The notes: generated by a model from the sequence alone, not told the origin. Shown: positions 30,660-43,433, numbered from the stretch's first letter. The stretch is DNA of 64,000 bases from an uncultured Gemmatimonadaceae bacterium (GCA_963843845.1 CAWJMB010000002.1:256001-320000), one strand, 5' to 3'. A program made the numbers and translations.

Positions 30660-31633
30660 TCGGGGTGTGGATGGCTCTCGCTGCGTGCGGTCGCAGCGAC
30701 AGTGGTGATAGAGCGGACTCGGCAGCACCAGCACCGCGTGAGTTCAGTGTGGCGCTGCTGACGCCGGGGCCGATCACCGATCAGTCGTGGAACGCAGGCG
30801 CGTACAACGGGCTCAAGGAGATTCGCGACTCGCTCGGCGGGCAGATCAGCCACGTCCAGACGAAGACGCCCGCGGAGTTCGAGGAGAACTTCCGGCAGTA
30901 CGGCGCGCAGGGATACCAGCTCGTCTTCGGGCACGGCTTCGAGTTTCAGGACGCCGCACTGCGCGTCGCGCCCGAATATCCGAAGACGTTCTACGTCACG
31001 ACGTCGGGCAACTCGAAGGCGAGGAACGTCGCCGGACTGACGTTCGCGTTCGAGGAGGCCAGCTACCTCGCCGGAATGGTCGCCGGCGCGATGACGAAGT
31101 CGAACACCATCGGTGTCATCGGTGGGACGGAGCTCCCGCCGGTCAAGGCGAGCTTCGCGGCCTTCACGGCGGGAGCCAAGGCGACGAACCCGCGGGTGAC
31201 CGTCGTCTCGTCGTTCATCGGCAACTGGGACGACGTGAGCGCCGGGAAGGAGCAGGCGCTGGCGCAGATCGGGCGCGGCGCTGACGTCATCTTCCAGAAC
31301 GCGGACGCGGCCGGGCTCGGCGTGTTCCAGGCGGTGAAGGAACGCGGCAACGTCTGGGTCGTCGGATCGAACGCGAACCAGAACGCCATCGCGCCCGACG
31401 CGACGCTCGGGAGCGTCGTCATCGATCTGCCGAAGGCACTGATGCTCGTCGCGCGCGAGGTGAAGAGTGGCACGTTCCAACCGCGCGTCATCGCCCTCGG
31501 CCTGAAGGAGAACGTCGTGACCTGGGTCCCGAACTCGGCGCTCGACGGGCGCGTGCCCGCTGCGACGACGGCGGCGGTCGATTCGATGCGGCAGCGCATG
31601 ATCGCGGGAACGTTCACACTGCCGTCACCGTGA
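30626..31633 (+). CDS. BMP-family (PnrA-like) ABC substrate-binding lipoprotein
   Basis: Lipobox 'LAAC'; 'D.SWN.GAY.GL', 'GHGFEF', 'YLAGMVAG.MTK', 'GADVIF'. Confidence 0.92.
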   Translation: MLDRRLSTVVHIGVWMALAACGRSDSGDRADSAAPAPREFSVALLTPGPITDQSWNAGAYNGLKEIRDSLGGQISHVQTKTPAEFEENFRQYGAQGYQLVFGHGFEFQDAALRVAPEYPKTFYVTTSGNSKARNVAGLTFAFEEASYLAGMVAGAMTKSNTIGVIGGTELPPVKASFAAFTAGAKATNPRVTVVSSFIGNWDDVSAGKEQALAQIGRGADVIFQNADAAGLGVFQAVKERGNVWVVGSNANQNAIAPDATLGSVVIDLPKALMLVAREVKSGTFQPRVIALGLKENVVTWVPNSALDGRVPAATTAAVDSMRQRMIAGTFTLPSP

Positions 31634-32442
31634 CGACTGTGGCGCGACCCACCAGCGCCCCTCTTTCCGAGACGCGTCTCGCAGAGATCGTCCGCGCGCT
31701 CGACGACGAGCTACGTACGCACGAGCTACCCGACTTCGGCGGCGCCATGAACGGGTTGCAGTGCGCGAATAGTGGCACCGTCGAGCGGGTGGCGGTCGCC
31801 GTCGACTTCTCACGCGCGGCGATCGACGCGACGGTCGCCGCGGGCGCGTCGCTCCTCGTCGTGCACCACGGAATGTTCTGGAGCGGCGCGCAGCCGATCG
31901 TCGGTGCGTCGTACGAGCGGCTGCGAACGCTGCTAGCGCACGATGTCGCCGTCTACGCATCGCACCTCCCGCTCGACATGCACCCGACACTCGGCAACAA
32001 TGCCGGACTCGCGCGGCGGCTCGGACTCGAGCCGACGGGGACGTTCGGGCGCTACAAGACGGTCGACGTCGCGGTGACCGGCGAGAGCGACGTCGAGACT
32101 GCCACGCTCGCCGAGCGCGCGCGATCGTTCGCCGCGCAGTGGGGGGGGACGGTGCGCCACACGCCGATCGCGTCGGAGCGACGAACGCGGCGCTGGGGAC
32201 TCTGCACCGGCGCCGGCGCGTCGAGCGACACACTGCGCGAGGCGAGCGAGCGCGGGCTCGACACGCTCATCGTCGGCGAGGGGCCCCACCATACGGCGAT
32301 CGACGCAGTCGAGCGAGATGTCGTCGTCATCTACGCGGGGCACTACGCGACCGAGACGGTCGGTGTTCGCGCGATCGGCGCATGGCTCGAAGCGCGATTC
32401 GGCCTTCCGTGGTCGTTCGTCGGGGAGCCGACAGGACTATGA
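31630..32442 (+). CDS. Nif3-like dinuclear metal centre protein (YbgI family)
   Basis: 'NGLQ', 'VHHG', 'SHLPLD.HP.LGNN', 'GHYATE'. Confidence 0.93.
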   Translation: MTTVARPTSAPLSETRLAEIVRALDDELRTHELPDFGGAMNGLQCANSGTVERVAVAVDFSRAAIDATVAAGASLLVVHHGMFWSGAQPIVGASYERLRTLLAHDVAVYASHLPLDMHPTLGNNAGLARRLGLEPTGTFGRYKTVDVAVTGESDVETATLAERARSFAAQWGGTVRHTPIASERRTRRWGLCTGAGASSDTLREASERGLDTLIVGEGPHHTAIDAVERDVVVIYAGHYATETVGVRAIGAWLEARFGLPWSFVGEPTGL

Positions 32443-33005
32443 GATCGCGCCGTGCTCTCTCGATCACTGTTGCGATAGTGTTCACCTCCGCGACGGCCTT
32501 CGCGCGTATCGGGCGCGCGCAGGGTACCCAGGGGATGCCGATCCAGCCGATCGCCCAGTACCTGGCCGGCAGTGACGCGCCACTGCCGTCGCTCGGCGGC
32601 GGACGGGTCGTCGGGCAGGTCGTTGGAGGCGTGGTGGGACTTCCGATCGGCTATGTCGCGGGCGGGCTCGCGGTGCGAACGGTCGTCCGGGCGACCGGCG
32701 CCTCGCGCGATGCCGCCTCCGACGCGGCGCTCTTCGGCGCGTATGCCGGCTCCGCACTCGGAACGGCCGGCGCGGTGAGCCTCATCGGAGCGCGCGGCCC
32801 GGGCCGAGGATCGTTCCTCGCGGCGACCGGCGGGGCGGCCGGCGGGATCGTGGCGAGCAAACTGATCGCGCGCCTGCTGCGTGGGCGGGACGACGCACCC
32901 GTGACGCCACCGTGCAGGCTCGCCTGCGTCACGGTCAGCGCACTGCTCGTCGCGCTACCGAGCGCTGGCGCGACAGTGGCATACAATGCGACGCGCAGCA
33001 GATGA
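32439..33005 (+). CDS. Hypothetical secreted/membrane Gly-zipper-like protein
   Basis: ATGA overlap, signal-like N-terminus, GxxxG-rich helices. Confidence 0.55.
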   Translation: MRSRRALSITVAIVFTSATAFARIGRAQGTQGMPIQPIAQYLAGSDAPLPSLGGGRVVGQVVGGVVGLPIGYVAGGLAVRTVVRATGASRDAASDAALFGAYAGSALGTAGAVSLIGARGPGRGSFLAATGGAAGGIVASKLIARLLRGRDDAPVTPPCRLACVTVSALLVALPSAGATVAYNATRSR

Positions 33006-33091
33006 GGCTCGGTCGACCGAGCGACGTCGACGACATGGTGGGGCGGGGCCGCGGATACGTGGCATCCCCCACTTCCTTCATTCAACAGGCC

Positions 33092-33559
33092 ATGCGGTCC
33101 CTCCTCGTCTGGATTCTCATCACGGCCGCCGCCGCGGCGATCGCCAGCGCCGGCTCGCGCTCTGCGCGGACGCTCTATCCAGCGCTCGTGCGACCGACCT
33201 GGGCGCCGCCGGCGTGGCTGTTCGCGCCGGCGTGGACGGTGTTGTACCTCGGCATGGCCGTCGCCGGGTGGCTCGTGTGGCGCGAGCGGGGCACGCAGAG
33301 CGTGACCGGACCGATCGTGCTGTTCGGGATACAGCTCGTGCTGAACGCGCTCTGGTCGTGGCTGTTCTTCGCCTGGCGGCGTGGCGGGCTCGCGTTCGCC
33401 GAGTGTGTCGTGTTCGCGCTCGCCGTGCTGGCGACGCTGATCGTGTTCTGGCGCGTGCGGCCACTCGCCGGTGTGCTCTTCCTGCCCTACCTCGCGTGGG
33501 TGACGTTCGCGACCGCGCTGACGTACGCCGTGTGGCAGGCGAATCCGGACAGGTTGTAG
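33092..33559 (+). CDS. tspO: TspO/MBR tryptophan-rich sensory protein
   Basis: 'RPTWAPPAWLFAPAWT.LY', 'QL.LN.LWS.LFF', 'PYLAWV.FA'. Confidence 0.95.
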   Translation: MRSLLVWILITAAAAAIASAGSRSARTLYPALVRPTWAPPAWLFAPAWTVLYLGMAVAGWLVWRERGTQSVTGPIVLFGIQLVLNALWSWLFFAWRRGGLAFAECVVFALAVLATLIVFWRVRPLAGVLFLPYLAWVTFATALTYAVWQANPDRL

Positions 33560-33577
33560 CCACAGGATGTGCGACGG

Positions 33578-34219
33578 ATGCGACTCCTCTTCACCCGACT
33601 GTCCGCGGCGGATGTGCTGACCGCCGCTGCAACGGCTGCCGCGCTCGGTGGCACGTCGGCGCCGCTCGCAGCCCAGATCGTGCCACCGATCGCCCCACCG
33701 ATCGCCAGCTCGCCGACCTACGCGACCGGGCGTGACGTGCGCGTCGGCGATCGGGCGAGGATCCGCACCGTCGGCCGCGACGCGAACGGGTGGCGAGTCG
33801 ATTGCGAGGGGCGTGTCACCGCGATCGTCGGCGACACGGTCGTGATCGAGAACGCGAGCCGCTGGAGCGGCTGTCCGCGCAAGCTCTACGACGCGAGCGA
33901 GCTGTCACAGACGGAGTTCGCGTACCGTTCGCGCGGATCGCGCGTGCTGCACACGGTGGCCGGTACCGGCATCGGCGCTGCGGTGGGTGTCGTCGGTGGC
34001 CTGCTGTCGTACGGAGGCACGGACTGCGCGTTCGGCGATTGCGACGAGGAGTATGCCGGGATCGCCACGGTGCTCTTCGGCATGCTGGGGGGCGCGGCGG
34101 GTGGCGTCATCGGACTCCTCATGCCGGCCGGCCCGCGGTGGGAGGCGCTCCGCACCCTCGCTCCCGTGCGCGTGGCGGGGTTGGCGGTGCGCCCGTCGGT
34201 CCGATTGCGTGTGCGGTAG
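33578..34219 (+). CDS. Hypothetical exported protein with a Gly-zipper
   Basis: Signal-like N-terminus; 'GTGIGAAVGVVGG' and 'GMLGGAAGGVIG'; two Cys pairs. Confidence 0.6.
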   Translation: MRLLFTRLSAADVLTAAATAAALGGTSAPLAAQIVPPIAPPIASSPTYATGRDVRVGDRARIRTVGRDANGWRVDCEGRVTAIVGDTVVIENASRWSGCPRKLYDASELSQTEFAYRSRGSRVLHTVAGTGIGAAVGVVGGLLSYGGTDCAFGDCDEEYAGIATVLFGMLGGAAGGVIGLLMPAGPRWEALRTLAPVRVAGLAVRPSVRLRVR

Positions 34220-34248
34220 GTACGAGCGTCAGTCACCCGTTCATCGAC

Positions 34249-34572
34249 ATGTTCGAACTCTGGATCGAAGCCGAGGAGTGGCCCGAGGGCGAGTGGACGC
34301 CCGACGACGCCGTCACGGACGTCGTCGCGACGCTCGGCGACGGATCGCGGTGGGTCGCGACGTTCTGCGCGTTCGGGCACGTCGAGGCGCTGCGCCGCGC
34401 CTGCCGAGAGACCGGCGAGAACCTGAGCGGGCGCTATCTCTGGGCGTCCGACCTCATCCTCGTCGACGATACGACGCGCGACACGATCACCGCCGTCGTC
34501 GCCGACCTGCACGCCGCGGGGGACATCCCGAGCGCGTTCTCGGAGCTGACGGACGACGACGCGCCGGCGTGA
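34249..34572 (+). CDS. Hypothetical acidic protein (107 aa)
   Basis: 'WIEAEEW', 'DVVATLGDGSRWVATF', 'GRYLWASDLILVD'; stop overlaps the ATPase start. Confidence 0.75.
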   Translation: MFELWIEAEEWPEGEWTPDDAVTDVVATLGDGSRWVATFCAFGHVEALRRACRETGENLSGRYLWASDLILVDDTTRDTITAVVADLHAAGDIPSAFSELTDDDAPA

Positions 34573-36083
34573 GCGCCGAACCAGCGTTCGGCGCGCCGCC
34601 GGCGCTCGAGCTGCGCGAGGTGACGAAACGGTTCGGCGCCGCCGTCGCGCTGAGCGGTGCGTCGCTCGCCGTGCGGCGCGGAACGCTCCACGCGGTGCTC
34701 GGCGAGAACGGGGCTGGGAAGACGACGCTCATGCGCGTCGCGTTCGGGCTCGTCGCGCCGGACACTGGAACGGTGTGCGTCGACGGCACGGCGCGCACGT
34801 TCGACTCGCCGCGCACCGCGATCGCCGCCGGGCTCGGGATGGTGCACCAGCACTTCACGATCGTGCCGACGATGACGGTCGCGGAGAACGTCGCCTTAGG
34901 CAGGCGCGGGCGGTACGACCGGCGAGCCGCCGCCGAGCGCGTCGCCGACGTCGCGCGGCGAACCGGACTCGCACTCGACCCCGACGCCGTCGCCGAAACG
35001 TTGGGCATCGCCGCGCAGCAGCGGCTCGAGCTCGTGAAGGCGCTCGCTCGCGACGCGCGCACGCTGATCCTCGACGAGCCGACCGCCGTGCTCGCGCCGA
35101 GTGAGGCGCGCGAGCTGCTCACGTGGCTGCGTCGCTTCGTCGCGGACGGCGGCACCGTCGTGCTCGTGACGCACCGGCTGCGCGACGCGCTGGCGTTCGC
35201 CGACGACGTGACGGTGCTGCGCCGCGGTCGCTCGGTCGGCACGCTCGCGGCGCGCGACGCGACCGAGGAGACGTTGGCGGAGCTCGTGCTCGGCGAGCGT
35301 CCGACGGGGAGCGTCGTCGGGCGTGCGACGCACCCGCCCGGCACCGTCGTCGCGCGCGCCGAGGAACTGCGCGTCGTCGACGCGCGCGGCGTGGAGCGGG
35401 TGCGCGGTGCGACGCTCGACGTGCGCGGCGGCGAGATCGTCGGCCTCGCGGCGGTCGAAGGCTCGGGGCAGCACGAGCTGCTGCGCGCGCTCGCCGGCCG
35501 CCTGGCGCCGATCGGTGGCAGGCTGGAACGGCCGGCGAACGTGGGCTTCGTGCCCGAGGACCGGCACCGCGACGCCCTGCTCCTCGACGCGCCGCTCGTC
35601 GAGAACGTCGCGCTGCGCGGTGCGGGTGCGCGGCGCGGGCTGATACCGTGGCGACGACTCGCGCGACGGACCGACGAACTGACCGCGCGGTTCGACGTGC
35701 GTGCGCCCACCGGGCGAGGGGTCGTCGCCCGGGCGCTGTCCGGCGGGAATCAGCAGAAGCTCGTGGTGGCGCGCGAGCTGGCGGCGCACGCCGGGCGCGA
35801 CGACGGGCTCGACGGAACGGAGCGCGCCGGCAGCAACGGGCCGTCGTTGCTCGTCGTCGAGAACCCGACGCGCGGGCTCGACGTGCGCGCGTCAGCGGCG
35901 GTCCATGCCCGCCTGCGCGAGGCGCGCGACGCGGGGGCGGGGATCATCGTCCACTCCACAGACCTGGACGAAGTGCTGGCGCTCGCCGATCGCGTACTCG
36001 TGATGTACGATGGTCGGCTCTCCGGGGCAGTGCTCGCAGATCGCGACGCGGTTGGCCGCCTCATGTTGGGCGCGTCAGCATGA
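34569..36083 (+). CDS. CUT2/nucleoside ABC transporter ATP-binding protein (two ABC domains)
   Basis: 'GENGAGKTT', 'GMVHQHF', 'LILDEPTAVL', 'LSGGNQQK', 'NPTRGLDV'. Confidence 0.93.
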   Translation: MSAEPAFGAPPALELREVTKRFGAAVALSGASLAVRRGTLHAVLGENGAGKTTLMRVAFGLVAPDTGTVCVDGTARTFDSPRTAIAAGLGMVHQHFTIVPTMTVAENVALGRRGRYDRRAAAERVADVARRTGLALDPDAVAETLGIAAQQRLELVKALARDARTLILDEPTAVLAPSEARELLTWLRRFVADGGTVVLVTHRLRDALAFADDVTVLRRGRSVGTLAARDATEETLAELVLGERPTGSVVGRATHPPGTVVARAEELRVVDARGVERVRGATLDVRGGEIVGLAAVEGSGQHELLRALAGRLAPIGGRLERPANVGFVPEDRHRDALLLDAPLVENVALRGAGARRGLIPWRRLARRTDELTARFDVRAPTGRGVVARALSGGNQQKLVVARELAAHAGRDDGLDGTERAGSNGPSLLVVENPTRGLDVRASAAVHARLREARDAGAGIIVHSTDLDEVLALADRVLVMYDGRLSGAVLADRDAVGRLMLGASA

Positions 36084-36161
36084 GCGCGGCGTTCCGGCAG
36101 CGTCGGGACAGTAGCAACTCGGCTCGCTGAACACGCTCGCGGGCTGTGGGTAGGACGTTTC

Positions 36162-38636
<2,475 letters not shown>

Positions 38637-38704
38637 GTGGCGGTGCCTCGGCATCCCACTCGTTCTCTCCCGAACTCCTATCTTTCGCCTGATGCCCGAC
38701 TCGA

Positions 38705-39220
38705 TTGAACCTGTGGCCGCCAGCCCCGCGCGTCGTTCGAGGCGGCGCGTGCTGCTGCACGCTCGGTGCGATCAGCGTCGGGTGGAAGGTGATCGTGTTC
38801 ACCGTCGGCGCCGCGGTGCCGAAGTGGATGATCGACGACGGCGTCCGCGCGCTGCCCGATAGCGTGCAGCCCTATGCGCGCGACGCGAAACGGAGCGCGG
38901 CGGCGCTATGGAACGGGCCGATCGAGCGGTACGGCTTCGTTCGCACGCTCCGCGTCGTCAGCGCCGGACCGATCGCTGCGACCACGGCCGGCGAGAGCGC
39001 GGCGGCGGCGCGGTGCGGCGGGCTCGGGGCGCGCGTGCGGGCGTACACCTACTTCGGCGTGCCGTATTCGGAGGCGCGGATGGTATGCGATAGTGGCGTC
39101 GTCGAGTACCGCGTGTGGCGCCGCCCTGGCACGATGCGCGACCACCTCGCGAAGTCGAGCGCCGTGACACGCCGGCCGGCGCTCCCATCGACGCCCAGCC
39201 TATCGCGCGAAGGGAACTGA
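38705..39220 (+). CDS. Hypothetical protein
   Basis: Fills the gap in the operon; 'ARVRAYTYFGVPYSE'; start uncertain. Confidence 0.45.
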   Translation: MNLWPPAPRVVRGGACCCTLGAISVGWKVIVFTVGAAVPKWMIDDGVRALPDSVQPYARDAKRSAAALWNGPIERYGFVRTLRVVSAGPIAATTAGESAAAARCGGLGARVRAYTYFGVPYSEARMVCDSGVVEYRVWRRPGTMRDHLAKSSAVTRRPALPSTPSLSREGN

Positions 39221-39226
39221 CCGCTC

Positions 39227-40258
39227 GTGCGACCCCTCGCACGCAGCGTCGCGATCGCCGTCGCCGCGGCCGGGGTCGCCGGTCTCGTCCTCGTCCTTCT
39301 CCTGCTCGCCGGCGGCTATGACGCCGGCCTGGCACTGTCCGCGTTGTGGCGAGGCGCGTTCGGCAGCGACTACGCGCTGCTCTCGGCGACGCTCGTGCGT
39401 GCGACGCCGCTCATCCTCGCCGGACTCGCCGTGTCGACCGCGTTCGGCGCCGGTCTCCTGAACATCGGCGCCGAGGGGCAGTTGCTGGCAGGGGGGGCGG
39501 CGGCGGCGGCGATCGGGACCGTTGCCGTCGGAGGACTGAGCGGGGTCGCGGCGCCGATCGCGCTCACGGCAGGGGCGGTGTGCGGCGCGCTCTGGGCGGG
39601 GATCGCGGCGGCACTGCGGCGGCGGTTCGGTGTCCGCGAGGTCATCAGCACGCTGATGCTCAACTTCGTCGCCCTGCATGCGGTCGGCTGGCTGGTGCGC
39701 GGACCGCTGCAGGAGCCACAGCGCATCTACCCGCAATCGCCGTCGCTGCACGCGGGCGCTCGACTTCCCATGCTCGTGCCGGGATCGCGCCTGCACGTCG
39801 GATTCGCGCTCGCCGTGCTCTGCGCCGTCGTGCTCTGGTGGGTCCGTCGCTCGACGGCGCTCGGCTTTCGCTGGCGGGCGGTCGGCCTGAACCCGTTCGC
39901 CGCGGCCGCGAGCGGCATGATCGCCGTACCGGCGACGACGACGGCGGTCTTTCTCGCGAGCGGCGGGCTGGCCGGACTCGCCGGCGCGGTCGAGGTGACG
40001 GGGGTGACCTACGCGCTCTACGAGAACTTCTCGCCCGGCTACGGCTACTCCGCGATCGCTGTCGCGCTCCTGGCCCGACTCCATCCGCTCGGCGTGATCG
40101 CGACAGGAATTCTGTTCGGGGCGCTCGAGGCCGGCGCGGGTGCGATGCAGCGCGACGCCGGGGTGCCGGCGGTCGTGGCGACAGTCGTCGAAGCAGTGCT
40201 CATCTTCGTCGCGCTGCTCGTGACCAGACTGAGATCGGCACCGAGCGACCTGTCCTGA
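39227..40258 (+). CDS. Nucleoside/simple-sugar ABC permease 1
   Basis: 'ATPLILAGLA', 'NIGAEGQ', 'EVISTLMLNFV', 'GYGYSAIAVALL'. Confidence 0.93.
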   Translation: MRPLARSVAIAVAAAGVAGLVLVLLLLAGGYDAGLALSALWRGAFGSDYALLSATLVRATPLILAGLAVSTAFGAGLLNIGAEGQLLAGGAAAAAIGTVAVGGLSGVAAPIALTAGAVCGALWAGIAAALRRRFGVREVISTLMLNFVALHAVGWLVRGPLQEPQRIYPQSPSLHAGARLPMLVPGSRLHVGFALAVLCAVVLWWVRRSTALGFRWRAVGLNPFAAAASGMIAVPATTTAVFLASGGLAGLAGAVEVTGVTYALYENFSPGYGYSAIAVALLARLHPLGVIATGILFGALEAGAGAMQRDAGVPAVVATVVEAVLIFVALLVTRLRSAPSDLS

Positions 40259-41139
40259 TGTTCGCACTCTCGGCCTTTCTGGAAGCGACGATCCGCACCG
40301 CGACGCCGCTGGCCTACGCGGCGCTCGGCGAGGCGGTCGTCGAGCGGGCCGGGATCATCAACATCGGCGTCGAAGGGGCGATCATCGCCGGCGCGTTCGC
40401 GGGGATGGTCGCCGCGGGGGCGGCAGGCACGGGGCTCGGGTTCGTCGCCGGTGCGGTCGCCGGGATCGCCATGGCGACAGTGTTCGCGCTGTTCGTCGTC
40501 GGGCGGCGGAGCGATCCGATCATCACGGGATCGGCGGTCACGCTGCTCGGGCTCGGACTCACCGGCACGCTCTACCGGATGCTCTACGGTGAGACCGGCG
40601 CGGCACTGTCGACGCCGACGACCGCGCCGATCGCGATTCCGGGGTTGAGCCAGCTCCCGATCGTCGGTCCGGCACTGTTCGCCCAGCCGCTCGCGACGTA
40701 CGCCCTCTACTTCATCGTGCCCGCCGTCTGGTGGTGGATGTACCGCACGCACGGCGGACTCGCGCTGCGCGCCGTCGGCGAGCGACCCGACGCCGCCGTC
40801 GCCGCCGGGATCCGTCCGCGCCGAGTGCAGCTCGGAGCGCTGCTGTTCGGCGGGGCGATGGGCGGCGTCGCCGGCGCGACGCTGGTGCTCGCCCAGGCCG
40901 GCACCTTCGCCGAGGGGATGAGCGCGGGACGAGGCTTCATCGCGGTCGCCATCGTCGTGCTCGGCAGATGGCATCCCGTCGGTGTGGCGGCAGCGGCGCT
41001 GCTCTTCGGCGGGGCGAGCGCGCTGCAGTACCTGTTTCAGGCGATGGGGTGGGCGCTGCCCTATCAGCTCTTCCTCGCGCTGCCGTACGTGCTGACGCTC
41101 GTCGTGCTGGCGGCGCTCGGCCGGCGGACGGTACGTTAG
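40258..41139 (+). CDS. Nucleoside/simple-sugar ABC permease 2
   Basis: 'ATPLAYAALGE', 'ERAGIINIGVEG', 'GRGFIAVA', 'LPYVLT'. Confidence 0.93.
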   Translation: MFALSAFLEATIRTATPLAYAALGEAVVERAGIINIGVEGAIIAGAFAGMVAAGAAGTGLGFVAGAVAGIAMATVFALFVVGRRSDPIITGSAVTLLGLGLTGTLYRMLYGETGAALSTPTTAPIAIPGLSQLPIVGPALFAQPLATYALYFIVPAVWWWMYRTHGGLALRAVGERPDAAVAAGIRPRRVQLGALLFGGAMGGVAGATLVLAQAGTFAEGMSAGRGFIAVAIVVLGRWHPVGVAAAALLFGGASALQYLFQAMGWALPYQLFLALPYVLTLVVLAALGRRTVR

Positions 41140-41161
41140 GCACGTCTCGCTCGCGAACTCG

Positions 41162-41842
41162 ATGCCGGACGACATCATTCTTCTCCACGGCGCGCTCGGC
41201 GCCGCCCCGCAGCTCGACGCGCTGGCCGAGCGACTGGCCGGCCGAGGGCACGTGCACGTGATCGAGCTTCCCGGTCACGGCGCGACCCCGCGCGACGGGG
41301 CGTTCTCGATGCCGGCGTTCGTCGACGACGTCGTGGCGGCCATGGACGCGCAGGGTGTCCGGCAGGCGTCGTTCTTCGGCTACAGCATGGGCGGCTACGT
41401 CGCGCTGCTGCTCGCCGCCGCGCACCCGGCGCGCGTTCAGCGCGTGACGACGTTGGGCACCAAGTTCCGCTGGGATCCGGCGACGGCGGCGCGCGACGCG
41501 GCGCGCCTCGACCCGGCGACGATCCGCGCGAAGGTTCCGCGCTTCGCCGACGCGCTCGCGGCGCGCCACGCCGCTGCCGGCGGCTGGGAGCGGGTGCTCG
41601 AGCGTACGGCTGCGCTGCTGGTCGCGTTGGGCGACGCGCCGCCGCTCACGAACGAGCTGTTAGGCACCGTTCGGTGCCCCGTGCGCGTCATGGTCGGCGA
41701 CCGCGACGCCACCGTGAGCGTGGCCGAGACCGACGGCGCGCGTCAGGCGTCAGGCGGCGGCCAGCTCGCGGTGCTTCCGGGAACGCCGCACCCGATCGAG
41801 CAGGTGGACGTCGAGGTGTTGGCTCGGCTCATCCTGCTCTAG
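41162..41842 (+). CDS. Alpha/beta-fold hydrolase
   Basis: 'LLHG', 'PGHG', 'GYSMGG', 'GDRD', 'TPHP'. Confidence 0.9.
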   Translation: MPDDIILLHGALGAAPQLDALAERLAGRGHVHVIELPGHGATPRDGAFSMPAFVDDVVAAMDAQGVRQASFFGYSMGGYVALLLAAAHPARVQRVTTLGTKFRWDPATAARDAARLDPATIRAKVPRFADALAARHAAAGGWERVLERTAALLVALGDAPPLTNELLGTVRCPVRVMVGDRDATVSVAETDGARQASGGGQLAVLPGTPHPIEQVDVEVLARLILL

Positions 41843-41863
41843 GCGCGATGTGGTTCCATTCTC

Positions 41864-42877
41864 TCACCCGAGCACGTCGCGAACGAACTCGAACGTGCGT
41901 CGCTCCGCGTAATAGTCCGGGCGCCACGGCACACGCCCCCCGACGAAGCCGACATGGCCGCCGTGGGGAGCGAACTCGACGTGCAGCGCCGGGTTGGTCG
42001 CCGCGATCGTGCGCACCTCGTCGAGCACGGCGGGCGGGAGGAACGGATCGTCGACCGCGCTGAGGAGCAGCGTCGGCACCCGGACGCGTGCGAGGTAGCC
42101 GATCGCGCTCGAGCGGGCGTAGTAGTCGGCGGCGTCGCGGAAGCCGTGCACCGGCGCCGTGACCACGTCGTCGAAGTCCCAGAGCGAGCGGAGCCCGGCC
42201 AGCGTCGCGTCGGTCGCGAGGTCGGGAAAGCGCGCCCGCTTCGCGACGACCTTCGTGCGCAGCGAGCGCAGGAAGTTGCGCTCGTAGACTCGTGCGAAGC
42301 CGCGGCCGATCTGGCGCGAGCCGCGCGCGAGGTCGTAGGGCACCGAGATCGCGACCGCCGCGCGTAGTCGCCCCGGCACGTCGCCGCCCCGTTCGCCGAG
42401 GAACTTGAGCAGCACGTTGCCGCCCAACGACACGCCACAGACCGCGAGTGGCGCGTCCGGATGGGCATGCGTGAGGCGCTCGACGGCGAACGCGAGATCG
42501 CTCGTCTCCCCCGAGTGATAGAAGCGGCGCGTGCGGTTCAGCTCGGGGCCGCAGGTGCGGTGATACAACAGATCCATCGCCCACCCGCGGCGCGCGGCCT
42601 CGGCGAACATCCCCTGCACGTAGTGCGATCGCGCACTTCCCTCGAGGCCGTGCAGCACGAGTAGACGCGGCGCCGTCGACCCGGCCAGCGCCGGGGCGTC
42701 GAGGCGCACGAGGTCGACGAAGTCGCCGTCCGGCGTCTCCCACCGCTCCGCGCGCGTGTGCGCCGGCGCGACCGCCTGCCGGCGCACGAACTTCCCCCAC
42801 ATCGTCTGGACGTGAGGATTGCGCGCCCACCAGGGGGCGTGGAACGGCGGTGCGGAGCGCGGTGCGGAGTGCGGCAT
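41864..42877 (-). CDS. YheT/ABHD-family alpha/beta hydrolase
   Basis: 'NPHVQT', 'HGLEGS', 'GVSLGGN', 'DDPF', 'GGHVGF'. Confidence 0.92.
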   Translation of the reverse strand: MPHSAPRSAPPFHAPWWARNPHVQTMWGKFVRRQAVAPAHTRAERWETPDGDFVDLVRLDAPALAGSTAPRLLVLHGLEGSARSHYVQGMFAEAARRGWAMDLLYHRTCGPELNRTRRFYHSGETSDLAFAVERLTHAHPDAPLAVCGVSLGGNVLLKFLGERGGDVPGRLRAAVAISVPYDLARGSRQIGRGFARVYERNFLRSLRTKVVAKRARFPDLATDATLAGLRSLWDFDDVVTAPVHGFRDAADYYARSSAIGYLARVRVPTLLLSAVDDPFLPPAVLDEVRTIAATNPALHVEFAPHGGHVGFVGGRVPWRPDYYAERRTFEFVRDVLG

Positions 42878-42896
42878 GATCGCAGTATAGTCCGCC

Positions 42897-43235
42897 ATGC
42901 CCGCGCCCTCGGATTCACACTGGTGGCTCACCGTGGCCGCGACGCTCGCCGAGACCCTCGTCGCGCTCGGCGTGCTGCACGGCGCGGTAGGACATGCGAT
43001 GCGGGCGCGGGGGATGACGTGGCGGCTTCGCGACTCCGCCCTCGTCAGTCCGCTGCTCCTCGTCGGACTGTTCGTGTTCTTCGGGTCGACGAACCACGCG
43101 GTGCTCAGGTACGCGCTCGACGTGGAGCGGACGGGACACGCACAGCTGCCGCATCTCGTGGCGATGGTCGGCGCGGCGGGCGGGGGTCTCGCGATCGCGT
43201 GGTTCGGCGCGCGCGCGGTGGGGAAGCTGTACTGA
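42897..43235 (+). CDS. Small hypothetical membrane protein (3 TM)
   Basis: Hydrophobic segments, ATG start. Confidence 0.5.
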   Translation: MPAPSDSHWWLTVAATLAETLVALGVLHGAVGHAMRARGMTWRLRDSALVSPLLLVGLFVFFGSTNHAVLRYALDVERTGHAQLPHLVAMVGAAGGGLAIAWFGARAVGKLY

Positions 43236-43295
43236 GCTCGCCATCGACGCGGGCGCCGGTGACGCGCCGCCGAGCCGGCAGGTCACACCGACAAC

Positions 43296-43326
43296 ATTGA
43301 CAATATCAATACGGTCACCCTAAACT
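43296..43326 (+). promoter_or_regulatory. Promoter of the polyuronide locus with an overlapping operator-like palindrome
   Basis: TTGACA (43297-43302), 18 bp, TAAACT (43321-43326); ATTGA-caata-TCAAT at 43296-43310. Confidence 0.7.
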
Positions 43327-43433
43327 CTGGTCGAATTCGTTCGACGAAAGAACAAAGTCGGCCCGCCTCGCTGTCCCGACCCGTTCGATCGCCCCCGCCC
43401 TTCCGGCCTCCCGCCCCCGATCACCGTGTTGCC

